Made by a program: the position numbers and the translations under genes. A stretch of 64,000 nucleotides of DNA from Squalus acanthias (lineage: Eukaryota). The stretch spans positions 68,698,001-68,762,000 of the forward strand of contig CM059432.1 in NCBI GenBank assembly GCA_030390025.1. Direction: 5' to 3'. The first letter of the stretch is position 1, and every line of letters starts with the position of its first letter. Positions 51,624 to 64,000 of this stretch are shown here, piece by piece. The notes below the pieces were generated by a model that worked only from the letters and a program-made list of their open reading frames with translations, ran no database searches and had not been told where the DNA came from.

Positions 51624-51987
51624 CAGGAAACTCTTTATTAACCGGCACCCAAATATCCGGAAATCTCTCTTAACCGGCAAAATTCTTGAGTAGGTAACCG
51701 GGGTTTTCCTTCATCTCTCGTTTAAAATTAACTTTAAAAAAAACCCCGAGGCGTTTGCCTTGTATCGGAGCGTGTAGATTGGGAGGGGAATGTGCAGCCC
51801 GGGTAGGCAGCGGACACGACAGATGGTCAGCTGGCGGTCCCCGGGGAGACGGAGCTCCGAATGCAGGCGCATGTCAATGTGTACGGGGCTCTCGTACGTT
51901 GGGAGATATAACTCTCCATTATCCGGACTTTTTGATTAACCGGCACCACGCCGGTCCCGTCGGTGCCGGTTAATAAAGAGTTTCCTG
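51624..51987. mobile_element. pogo/Tigger-like MITE with perfect 26-bp TIRs
   Basis: CAGGAAACTCTTTATTAACCGGCACC at both ends (inverted). TA TSD at 51622-23 and 51988-89. Subterminal TAACCGGCA repeats. Confidence 0.88.
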
Positions 51988-53135
51988 TATCAAACTTTCT
52001 GGAGAATAACAACGTTTATTCCTTTCTCACCAAAAAACATCCAACTAATAATATCCTGCTGTTTAGAGTTGGCTATCTTGTTTAACATTGGTAAGGCACC
52101 TAACCAGAGATCTCAGCTTCCTGTGGAGTAGATTGGAATGCATGATGGAATGCTCTTGATGAATAAATAAAACAAGGTAATGAAAGTACATCTGCTTGCC
52201 TAGCAAATATGATGTCACAAATATCACTTGTTCATTAGTTTTACTCCAAACAGTTATTACATTTTCTTAACCACACTGCAGCTAGTGGTACGGCTGCACT
52301 CAGTACTAAAGGAGATTTTCTTTTAAAAATAGAAATTATTGAGAAGAAAGTTAGATTGAATCAAAATACAAAAGAAAATATGACTTGATAAACAATAACA
52401 AATCTTGTTTAGTTTTATACAAGCTGAACTAGATATCTCTAATTGCTAGTGCCTTTGCATAATTGATTGGCTTCTCTCATTTTATAGTCTCATATTTCCA
52501 GTACTAACAGCATGTGTAGTGTAGTTTTCATTTCATGCATCTTGTGCATTAAGATAATCAATAAAACTAGTTACATTTTAATTGCATAAGAATTTGAAGG
52601 GACGGGGAATAGAAAGCAACAAAAACTAGTCATAAATGAAATTTAGCGAACATACCAACTCTTAGTTTTCAGTTATCTTTATAGCAACCATGAAGTAGCA
52701 CAAACTTAACACTATTTGTTCCTTTACAAAATGGTGTGATTTCTTGAATTACAAATTGGTACCATTTCTGTTATTACTAGCTACAATAATGAGACATCTG
52801 TAAAAGAACCACATTTGTGACAAAACAACCATGTTTGTGATGAAACACACAAAATTTGCACATTAGATCACAAAAAGAATGCAAGTATTGATAAGATTAC
52901 AGTTGCCAAAATAAGACAATGTATTTCATATACTTTAGAATCTAGCTTGACCCCCTTCAAAATCAGTTTTTGTGTGCTTTTCAAAGTGGATTTTCTTTTA
53001 AAAAAAGACATGGTGCTGGTGTAGAACTGAATACTTTAATGGCTCCAATTTCTACCTCTTATTTATACCTGGTGGGAGACTGTTGCAGAACTTTGTTGCT
53101 CATTGAGCAATCACATCAAGCAAGGGTGTGAATTA

Positions 53136-53285
<150 letters not shown>

Positions 53286-54044
53286 TCACTATTAAACCTC
53301 ATTATAACAAACTATTCATGTTAACATTTTCCTTCTGAAGCTCTGTTCTAGTTAAAGCATCTTCAACTTTCATTAAAAGGAATGCTGGCTAACTATTACT
53401 GTGTTGATCCATGTCTGTAATGGTCAATGACGACGTATTAGGGAATAGTAATAGGGAATAATTCCAATTCTCATTACAAATTCACACACTGGATTTTTAA
53501 AATTCAAATATCATCACATTATACCATATTACAAATATTAACAGATCTCCTATCCATAAGCTGTTGTTACAAGCATTACTTACAAGTTTAAGTTGAAATA
53601 TGCCTAGTGTAACTTGCAGATGGATTTCCCACATTTTACCACTTCAGGCTCATGGTCCTCTGAGGTTTAGGCATTATCTGGTAGCCTATGGATCATATCC
53701 ACATAGAAACTTTTTTGCTATTGCTGGGGCTTCTCATGTGTTTTACACAGCACGCAGCAAGGGTAGAAAATGCAGGTTGACACAGCCTCTAATATAGCTT
53801 CCTTTTCATGAATACTGTACACTCCTAATGACACTTACTTTCTACCCAGAGACATTTATGTGCAAATATATGTGCTTCCAAAAATCCACTGGAACAACAG
53901 TATCTGTTAGAGGAAGCCTTTGCACAAAGGGAGAGCTCCAGCCTACAAGGATATTGCTCAGCACCCTGCACAGGGAGTCAGAAGACATTAGGTCAAAGAG
54001 ATCATTTTTAAGAGGGTCCTAAAGGAGCTTCATAAAAAGGTCAT

Positions 54045-54953
54045 GGCCCTGAATTTCCGATCGGAGGCTTCCTATCGGACAAAATCTACGCACTTACCTG
54101 CTGGCTCCGTAGGTCCCGAGGCTTGTGATCCTGGACCTCTGCTCTACGAACTGCGCAGAGGCCCAGGTATCCTAGGGGCGCATGCGGTTCGTAAGCGCCC
54201 CTTGGATCACGTGGGCCATGGGGAACCAATCAAAGAAGGGAATCCCCCTTCACACTTTTGACAGGTCTCTGTGCACAGATCTGTCAAAAGTATGAATGGG
54301 GATCACATTTAAAAACAGTTAAACATTAAATAATTTTTTTTTTAAATCACATATTTAAAATTAGTTAAAATTACATAAATTAAATATTTTGAACAAAAAT
54401 TTAATTTTTTGAAAAAAATAAGTTTTTTTACGGGGCTAAAAATAAACTACCTTTTTTTTAAAAAAGTATTTAAAAATTAAAAATGAGTGAAAAATTTTTT
54501 ATTTTTTTACTTTTTTAAACTCTTAAGCTGGTAAAAGCAGGCCTTACGCCTGCTTTTACCAGGCGTAAGATTTTTGAGGGATTTCAGCGGGCGGAAGTTC
54601 AGCAGAAAGCGGAACTGCCTGCAGAGGCCCTTCTCCAGGGCAGGCGGAGGATCTTTCAAAAGGATTCTTGACAGATCGGAAACGCCGGTTTTCAGCGCAT
54701 GCGCTTTGCATGCCTGAAACCGGCACTTGCGAGGTCCCTACGGGCTTTTACCAGGCGTAAGATTTTTAAAGGTTTTCAGCAGGTGGAAGTTGTGCAGAAA
54801 GCGCAACTCCCTGCCCGCGGAGGCCCATCTCCCAGGCAGGCGGATGATTTGTCAAGAGGATTCTTGACAGATCGTAAGTGCCGGGTTTTAGCACATGCGC
54901 TACGGGTGGGTACACACCTAGTACGCACTCGTGGGGGTCGGAAAATCCGGCCC
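54045..54953. mobile_element. Non-autonomous PIF/Harbinger-type element
   Basis: TIRs GGCCCTGAATTTCCGA / TCGGAAAATCCGGCCC (13/16). 3-bp TSD CAT. Removing it restores the CR1 frame KRSCLTNLILFFEEVTK. Confidence 0.8.
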
Positions 54954-56213
54954 CATGTCTTACAAATCTAATTCTATTTTTTGAAGAAGTTACAAAGTTG
55001 GTAGATGAGGGATGTCCAGTCGACACTTTCTACTTAGATTTTCAAAAAGCTTTTGATAAGAAGCTTCTGGTATTAGTGGTAATATATTAAGCTGGATTCA
55101 GAACTTGCTGGCAGGACGTAGGCAAAGAGTGGTTATAGATGGATTTGAATCTGTTTGGAGACCGGTCACCAGTGGTGTACCACAGGAATCAGTGTTGGGA
55201 CTGTTGCTCTTTACTATTTTTATTAATGATCTGGATGTAGGTGTTGGGGGCACAATCTGCAAATTTGCAGATGATACCAAGATCTGTGTGAGTGTTAGAA
55301 CTGTAGATGATGCTCGTCTGCTTCAGGCAGATCTTAATATGTTGGGAGATTGGGCTCATGGCTGGTGCAGTGTTATGCATGTGGGCAGGGCAAATGCTCA
55401 ACATTCATACACCCTTCAGGGAAAGGCATTAAAGGTGGAGATAGAAAGAGATTTGGGCATTCTAGTGCATACATCCTTAAAAGTACATGAGCAATGCCGT
55501 GAAGCGATAGCTAGAGCAAATAGGGTGTTGGGGTGTATCCATAGGACAACCAAGTACAAAACGAGGCATACTATTTTGTACTTGTACAATATCTTAGTCA
55601 GGCCGCACTTGGAATACTGTGTCCAGTTTTGGTCTCCTCACATGGTGGGTGATTCCCAGTCTAAAGCATCTTAGTTATCAAGATAGGCTAAAAGAGTTGG
55701 GACTCTACAGATAGAGAAGCGTAGACTTGATTGAGGTTTATAAGATAATGAAGGGAATAGATTATGTTCAAGCTAACAGTTTGTTTCAATTAAATAGATT
55801 AGGGAGGACCAGGGGTCACAAATTTAAGTTGTGTAAGGTTAGATCTAGGTTAGATGTCAGGAGGTGGTTCTTTTCCCAGAGAACAGTGGACCTCTGGAAC
55901 AGGCTGCCGTCTCGTGTGGTGGATGCAGACTCGCTGAATTCCTTCAAGCGAGAGCTGGATTTGTTTCTGGCTGGGGCGGAAATCACCTCTTACAGAAGGT
56001 AGGTACCGCAGGGAATTCAGGGCCAGAGTGGTGATCTGGACTAGTCTCAATTGCCTAGATGGTTCGGAGAGGAATTCCCCAGAATTTCACCCCCCCCCCC
56101 CCAAATTGGCTTGTTTTTTTAAAATCTTTTGTTGCCTTTCCCATGGTATCACAATTGTGTGGGACAGGCTCGATGGACCAGATAGTCTTTACCTGTCCGT
56201 CATTATTCGTATG
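54954..56213 (+). mobile_element. CR1-clade LINE (divergent subfamily), 5'-truncated; starts ~54030 before the MITE
   Basis: ORFs 55105-55674 (VPQESVLG, FADDTKI, RPHLEYCVQFWSP) and 55727-56002. Confidence 0.85.
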
Positions 56214-56214
56214 A

Positions 56215-57060
56215 AAGGAGGTGGAGGACTTTAGGGAGTAAATTCCAGAGCATGGGGTCTCGGCAGCTGAAGGCACAGCTGCCAATGGTGGAGCAAAGCG
56301 AGGGACAGATGCACAAGACGCCAGAGTTGAAGGAACAGAGAGTTCTTGGAGAAAGTTGTACGGCTGGAGAAGGTTACAGTGATAGGGAGGGAGAGGTTTG
56401 GATGAGTTGAAGTTTACAGAGCATGTAGGATAGGAGGCCGGCCAAGATTGCATTGAAATAGTGGAGTCTGGAGGTGACAGAGGCATAGAGGAGATGTTTC
56501 AACAGCAGATGGGCGGAGGCGGGCAAAGTTACGGAAGGAGGTAGTAAGCAGTCTCTGTGATGGAGAGGATAAGGAGTCAGAATCTCTGTTTGGCGTTGAA
56601 TAAAATGGCGAAGTTGTGAACAGTCTGGCTCAACCCGGGTCGGGGGATAGAATGAGTGTCAAGGGCCAAAGAGGATGGCTTGGGTCTTTGGCCCTCGTCA
56701 CTCATTCCTTCTCCCTCCAATATTTAAGTGGAGGAAATTGCGTCTCATCCACAACTGAATGTCAGACAAGCGGTCTGACAACACAGAGCAGTGGAAGGGA
56801 TGACAGAAGCAGTGGAAGGGATGACAGAAGCAGTGGAGAGATAAAGCTGGGTGTCGTCATTGCACCTATTGAAACTGACCCCATGTCTTTAGATGATGTC
56901 ACCAAAAGGCATCATGTAGATGAGGAAGGCGGGGGGGGGGGGGGGGCAAGGATAGATTCTTGGGAAACTTGAGGTAATGGTGCTGGGGCAAGAGAAGGCA
57001 ATGTTGGAGATGTTTTGGCTATGATTTGATAGGCAAAAGTGGAACCAAGTGAAGGCAGTT
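56215..57060 (-). mobile_element. Decayed L2 LINE (contains a 21-bp tandem duplication at ~56788-56836)
   Basis: Degenerate similarity to 29700-30640. AGCAGTGGAAGGGATGACAGA occurs twice in tandem. Confidence 0.65.
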
Positions 57061-57094
57061 GGCTAGGCGGTTGATACGTTTCAATCTATAGGTC

Positions 57095-58020
57095 CTTTCA
57101 TCCCAGGGATCAATCTAGTGAACCTTCGTTGCACCGCCTCCAAGGCATGTATGTCCTTTCTCAGATAAGGAGACCAAAACTGTGCATAGTACTCCAGGTG
57201 TGGTCTCACCAAAGCCCTGTACAATTGTAGTAAGACTTCCTTACTCTTGTACTCCAACCCCCTTGCAATAAAGACAACATGCCATCTGCTTTCCTAATTG
57301 TTTGCTGGACCTGCATGCTAACTTTCTGTGTTTCCTGTACAAGGACACCTAAATCTCTCTGAATACCAACATTTAATAGTTTCTCACCATTTAAAAAACA
57401 TTCTGTTTTTCTATTCTTCCTACCAAAGTGAATAAACTCACATTTCCCCACATTATACTCCATCTGCCACCTTATTGCCCACTCACAGCTTACTTTCCCA
57501 GCTAGTTTTATATCGTCAGCAAACTTGTATACATTGCACTCAGTCTTTCATCTAAGTCATTAATATAGATTGTAAATCCCTGAGGCCCAAGCACTGATCC
57601 TTGCGGCACCCCACTAGTTACAGCCTGCCAACCGGAAAATGACCCGCTTATCATTACTCTATGTTTTCTGTCCATTAACCAATCCTCTATTCATGCTAAT
57701 ATATTACCTCCAACCCCCATGAGCCCTTACCTTGCATAGCAACCTTTTATGTGGCATCTTATAATGTGAAATCCAAATATACTACATCCACTGGTTCCCC
57801 TTTATCTACCCTGCTAGTTACATCCTCAAACAACTCTAATAAATTTGTTAAACACAATTTCCCTTTCATAAAACCATGTTGACACTGCCTTATCATATGA
57901 TTTTCTAAATGCCCTGTTACCACTTCCTTAATAATGGATTCCAGCATTTTCCCGACGACTGATGTCAGGTTAACTGACGTATATTTCCCCATTTTCTCTC
58001 TCCCTCTTTTCTTGAAATAA
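57095..58020 (-). mobile_element. CR1 RT fragment
   Basis: ORFs 57206-57463 and 57759-58085. Confidence 0.85.
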
Positions 58021-59199
58021 TGATGATCTATTTGGAGCTCAGCTGACTCCAAGATGACATGCTTGGCAGTGGGAAATTGGAACAAGTCAATCTTCTGAGG
58101 CAGACATGGTTATCCAAAATCTGAGCTAGGCAGGTCTGCATTACTTGACAATCAATCAGGCAGCATGGATCTGGTATGTCAGTCACTAGATTTGTCCCTA
58201 CCTACAGAAAGTTAGAGCTCATTGTGCTTGGGTAATGACTACTTATTGGACAAAAAATGAAGGATTTCTTCCAAGCCCATCTGTAAAGCTTTACAGTCTC
58301 ATCTTTATAGCATATGATGATAAACACTTCAGCACTGCTTGTTACAAGTTGATCTGAAGGTACAAGTCCCTAGAATCACACCACCACTAATACTTTGATG
58401 TACGTCAAGGTTGAATGAATGGTGAAGAATATTAGATTTTTCCTCATTTGTTCAACTTTCATATAGTTAAGAGATGGAAATAGCTGTCATGCCCTAAATG
58501 GCAACATTTTCAATGAAGTAGAAGAGCAGAGATCTAGGATTACAGAAATACTAATTCTTAAAAGTGGGATTGCAAGTGGAAAAAAGCATAAAAGTCTTTT
58601 AAGGAAATCATGTGTTGAGTGTCAGGCGATTTTGCTCTCACCCCGCTGTGTACAAGCCTCGATAGAAGTCTTCTCTCCTGTCTCAGACTTGAGGTGTGTT
58701 ATATTTTAAGTTTTATTTGGTCTCTATCATAATTTAAATATATCTTAATTCATTGGTGGCATAGAGGAAAGATTTCTCACTGTCTTGCCAAACCTATGGG
58801 TTTTGCTTTTAGGGAAAGTCTTAAAACTAGTTCATGGACTATTCAACTGACTCCATCTTGGATACTTAGGGCTTCTACTAGACAACCATGGTCTCACTAT
58901 AAGTGGACTGAACATGGCTATAGAAGGAATATCAAAATTTGTACATCATACCAAATTAGGGGCCATGGAAAACTGTGGGTAAAAATGTGGCAAATGCAGT
59001 TCAGCGTAGAATTATGAACTAGGACATTTATATGGAAGGGGGGTGGTTTGAGGAAAACAGAGAATGCAATATTCCCTAAATAGCAAAATTCTCATTGAGT
59101 AGAGGAGCAGGGAGACCTAGGGATACAGAAATACAGATTTTTAAAAGTGGGATTGCAAGTGAAAAAAGCTATAAAAAGGTCAAATGAGTTTCATAAATA

Positions 59200-59855
59200 G
59201 ATTCATACAGCACAGAAGGAGGCTATTCAGCTCATTGTGCTCATGCCAGCTCTTCAAAAAGTTATCCAATAAGTCCCACTCCCCTGCTCTTTCCCTATAG
59301 CCCTGCAATTTTTTTCCTTTTCAAGTACATATCCATTCCCCTTTTGAAAGTTACTATTGAACCTGCTTCCACCACCCTTTCGGACAGATCATCATAACTC
59401 GCTATGTAAGAAAAATTCTCATTTCCCCTCGGTTCTTTTGCCAATTATCTTAAATCTGTGTCCTCTGGTTACCAACCACTCTGCCAGTGGAAACAGTTTC
59501 TCCCCATCTACTCTATCAAAACCACTCATAATTTTGAACACCTCTATTAAATCTCCCCTTAATCTTCTCTGCTCCAAGGAGAACAACCCCAGCTTCTCTA
59601 GTCTCTTCACATAAGTCCCTCATTCCTGGTACCATTCTAATAAATCTCCTCTGCATACTGCCTTGACATCCTTCCTAAAGTGCAGTGCCTAGAATTGGAC
59701 ACAATACTCCAGCTGACGCCTAACCAGTGATTTATAAAGGTTTACCATAACTTCATTGCTTTTGTCTTGATTTATAAAGCCCAGGATCCTGTATGCTTTA
59801 ACAGCCTTCTCAACTTGTCCTGCCACCTTCAAAGATTTGTGTACGTGAACTCCCA
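59200..59855 (-). mobile_element. CR1 3' end
   Basis: ORF 59419-59610 (LEQRRLRGDLIEVFK), similar to 6848-8055. Confidence 0.8.
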
Positions 59856-59894
59856 TTGAATAGGAGTTTTAAATAGGGCATTGAATACGGTTCT

Positions 59895-60205
59895 CATCCA
59901 TCTTTCAAATGAGACGTTAAACTAAGTCCCCATCTGCTTTCTCAGGTGGATGTAAAATATCCCATGGTACTATTTGAAGAGGAGTAGGGGAGTTCTCCAG
60001 GTGTCCTGGCTAACATTTATCCCTTAAACATCATCATTAAAATAGATTATTTCATTGCCGTTTGTGGAACTATGCTGTGTGCAAACTGGCGGTCATGTTT
60101 CCCTGCATTACAACAATAAGGCTACACTTTAAAGTACTTCATTGGCTCTGAAGCGTTTTGGGACGACCTACGGTTGCAAAAGTCGCTATATAAATGCAAG
60201 TTCTT
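59895..60205 (+). mobile_element. DeuSINE-type SINE body and tail
   Basis: CTCAGGTGGATGTAAAATATCCCATGG..CTATATAAATGCAAG. Confidence 0.7.
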
Positions 60206-61427
60206 CCTTTATTTCTTCTTTCTTTACTTGGCTCCAGATAATTCTCCAAGTCATGCTTTAGCAAGTAAAATGGTCCTAACAAGTAGCATGCAACTTTCCA
60301 GTGCCCAATGCTGGTAAGCTGTGAATTTTAGCTGGTTAAACTGCAACAGTATCTCTTATGCACACTTGGGGATCCCCTAGCCTTGGCTTCGTGAACCTTT
60401 GCTCAAACTGTGTACTTCGATAAATTCAGTGTGGCCCTACAGCAGTGGCGGGCAAAATACGGCCCGCCAATGGATTCTTTCTTGCCCATCAAGGCCTGGC
60501 TTCGAGCTTCAAAAGACCGCCGCACCCGACGTCAGGACAGGAGGCAGGTCATTGTCTCCGAGGCAGCAGGGGAGTCAACATAGCAACAGGCCATAGAGAC
60601 GGGAGGCGAAGTTACGGAGACCGGCGGCTGAGGTGAACAGAATGTGGCCGTGAGACACAGATTGGTCCACCCCCCACCCCGGAGGAGGGCCTTTTACCGA
60701 TGGCAGTGCGGCCCCTAAACTGGTGGAGAGTGGCGAGTGCAGAGGCGGGGAGGGCACAGGCCCATCCCCCCAGCCCAGGCACAACCTCCAGTGATGGGGT
60801 GACTGATGGATGATACCGGTTAATCAGTTATCAACTACCACCTAACTAATAATGCAAAATTGATTTGTGTTTGCTAATTAGAATTTTAATTATCTCAAAT
60901 TTATTTAACACTGATTATTTATACTAACTGATAATTAGTAAATTAGTTAACAGATTTATTCACTAACTTAACACTCTCTGCTCGTTAGGCAATTGGTGAC
61001 CAAACTAATTGTGCTCATTACTGTACGAATTACACAGCTATTAATAACAGCCCGTTGAGTTATTTAACACTAATTTTTACTAGTGTTCAACTAATTTACT
61101 GATCACAGACTATTTATTTACTACCTTGACACACGACCTGCCCATCAAGCAATTGGTGAGCAATTTAAATTGTGCTTAATTTACTAATTGCACGACTACT
61201 GACCCTAATTTCGTAACTTTATACTGTTATACTTACTAATGTGACACAAATTCACTGCTAATGATCAGTCAGTTGAATTATTACTTTAATGATTTCACGT
61301 GTAATAGTTCACCTGTATAATAATAATCAAATACTTATTTTTTGCCAATTAATCACTAATTGGCTGAGGATGAAATTTTGCAAGAGGAAAAAAAATCTCT
61401 ACTTGTATTTTGTAAAGTGACAGTGCA

Positions 61428-62236
61428 AACAACAACAACAACTTGTATTTATATAGCGCTTTTATCGTAGTAAAACATCCCAAGGCGCTTCACAGGAGCG
61501 TTATAAAACAAAATCCGACACCGAGCCACACAAGGCAATATTAGGGCAAATGACCAAAAGCTTGGTCAAAGAGGTAGGTTTTAGGAGCATCTTAAAAGGA
61601 GGAACGGGAGGGAGAGAGACGATGAGGTTTAGGGAGGGAATTCCAGAGCTTAGGGCCTTGGTAGCTGAAGGCACGGCCACCAATAGTTGAGCAATTAAAA
61701 TCAGGGATGCTCAAGAGGCCAGAATTTGAGGAGCGCAGATATCTGGGAGGGTTGTAGAGCTGAAGGAGATTACAGAGATAAGGAGGGGCGAGGCCATGGA
61801 GGGATTTGAAAACAAGGATGAGAATTTTTTAAAAATCGAGGTGTTGCTTAACTGGGAGCCAATGTAGGTCAGCGAGCACAGGGGTGATGGGTGAGTGGGA
61901 CTTGGTGTGAGTTAAGACACAGGCAGCAGAGTTTTGGATGAGCTCAAGTTTATGGAGGGTAGAACGTGGGAGGCCAGCCAGGAGTGCGTTGGAATAGTCA
62001 AGTCTTGAGGTAACAAAGGCATGGATGAGTGTTTCAGTAGCAGATGAGCTGAGGCAGGGGCGGAGTCGGGCGATGTTACGGAGGTGCAAATAGGTGGTCT
62101 TAGCTATGGCGTGGATATGTGGTCGGAAGCTCATTTCAGGGTCAAATATGACACCAAGGTTGCGTCTGGTTTAGCCTCAGACAGATGCTAGGGAGAGGGA
62201 TGGAGTCGTCGGTTAGGGAATGGAGTTTGTGGTGGG
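61428..62236 (-). mobile_element. 5'-truncated L2 LINE
   Basis: ORF 61829-62134 (SRLDYSN, LHWLP) and a (GTT)n tail. Close to 29583-30640. Confidence 0.88.
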
Positions 62237-62639
62237 AATAATAAATTAAACATATTCTGGAATATGCTCAGGATTGAGCACATTCGGGGATCACTGTGGT
62301 GAATGGACTGTAGTCTAATCCAAGCTTTTTGATGTTACTAAAATGGACCATGATGTCACAGTAGGGGGGTTTCCGTAAATGCCCCTGACTGGTATTTCTA
62401 AAGCATAAAACATAGTACCACCGGTTGACTGGAAGACATTGATAAATATCCAGAGAAACATTTCAATTTACAACATTTAAAATTATGGGACAATTGTTTC
62501 CCTCTTAATTCAAAGTTTTCAAAAATTAGGACTCACTATGCTTTACATTTTGGCAGTATCTTTTCTATAGTTACACTGTAATGGAAAACACCTAATTGAC
62601 CATTATATATTTTACTGTGATATTCAATCACCAATATTA

Positions 62640-62807
<168 letters not shown>

Positions 62808-62984
62808 TTATTTTCCCTCAGTGCACAGAAAATGTGATTCAATCTGCTTAGGACATTTATACACCGGTCATTTTTATTTTGAAATTATAAATTCTGTACT
62901 TACAAAACCATCGTCGGCATCCTTCCGCAAACCCCCCCCCACCCCCACCCCCCCCAAACCAAAAGAACCTACCCTTGACCTCCA

Positions 62985-64000
62985 GATCCTTCAAAACTAC
63001 TGCATTATTTATCCTCAACCTGTCTTTAATCTTTGACACTTTAACCACACAATCCCCTGCCAATGCCTCTTCTCTACTGTCCAACTCTGTGGGACTGTCC
63101 TCACTTGGTCCCATTCTTGCCTGCCTGACCATAGCCACAGCATCTCCAGCAATGGCTTCTCTTCCCATCCCACAGTTACCGTGAGTCCCCCAAGGATCTA
63201 TCCTTGCCACCATCCTCCTCTTCATCTACATTCTGCCCCAGCGACATCATCCGCAGACGCATGTACACTGACGACAGCCAGCTCCACCTCTCCATCACCC
63301 CTCTCTCAATTCCTCCACTGCTTATGTTGTCAGACTGTTTGTCCAACATCCAGTCTTGGATGAGCTGCAATTTCCTCTATCTAAATATTGGGAAACCAAA
63401 GTCATTGTCTCAGGTCCCACCACAAACCCCGCACTTATGCCACCAATTCCATCCCCCTTCCCAGTCAAAGTCTCAAGTTAAACCAGACAGTTTGATCCGA
63501 GCTGAACTTACGACACCATAACCTCTCCATTACAAAACCACCTATTTCCACCTCTAACATTGCCCGCTTCCACCCTTGCCTAAGCCAATCGGCCACTGAA
63601 ACCCTCATAAATGCCGTAGTCACCTCCAGACTCAAATATTCCCATGCTCCTTTGGCCGGCCTCCCATAGATCCCCCTCCATGAACTTCAGCCCACCCCAA
63701 ACTCTACTGCCCCTCCCTATTTTTGTAATCTTCTCCAGCCCTGTCACCCGAACTATACACTCCTCCGACGCTGGTATTGTGTGCCCCGCCCCTACCATTG
63801 GCAGCTGTGTCTTCAGCTTCCTGGGCCCTATACTCTGGAATTCCTTCCCTAAACTACACTGTCTCGCCACCGCTCCTCCTTTAAGGCTCTCCTTAAACCC
63901 ACCTGTTTACCCAAGCTTTTGGTCACTCCTCCTAATATCTCCTTTTATGGCGCGGCATCCATTTTACTCCTCCGAAGCATTGAGAGAAGTTTTACAGCAT
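62985..64000 (+). mobile_element. Decayed L2 LINE
   Basis: Degenerate LNLSLIFDT, PQGS, YTDDSQL and LNIGK motifs. Confidence 0.7.

Overview
Eukaryotic (vertebrate) genomic DNA, most likely from a shark or other chondrichthyan judging from the repeat families (inference). Two spliced genes lie in tandem on the minus strand. One is the 3' half of LYPLA1 (acyl-protein thioesterase 1): four coding exons at 62694-62767, 53148-53249, 46182-46358 and 44535-44588, with the Ser-Asp-His triad intact. The other is the 5' part of TCEA1 (TFIIS): a CpG-rich exon 1 at 32175-32249 and exon 2 at 11472-11534; later exons were not found and presumably lie left of the window. Most of the remainder is transposon-derived and often nested: CR1 and L2 LINEs, DeuSINE-type and other tRNA SINEs, Penelope-like elements, Harbinger remnants, and Tc1/pogo, hAT and Harbinger MITEs. 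Almost all ORFs in the supplied track are TE fragments or noise. I found no securely novel system. The best leads are (i) four minimal hammerhead-ribozyme motifs in Penelope pseudo-LTRs, two forming a perfect 88-bp inverted repeat in TCEA1 intron 1; (ii) a LINE-junction filler that exactly matches 19 nt of the putative LYPLA1 3' UTR 4 kb away; and (iii) a 16-22 bp motif repeated around the TCEA1 promoter. TE boundaries without a stated TSD are approximate.
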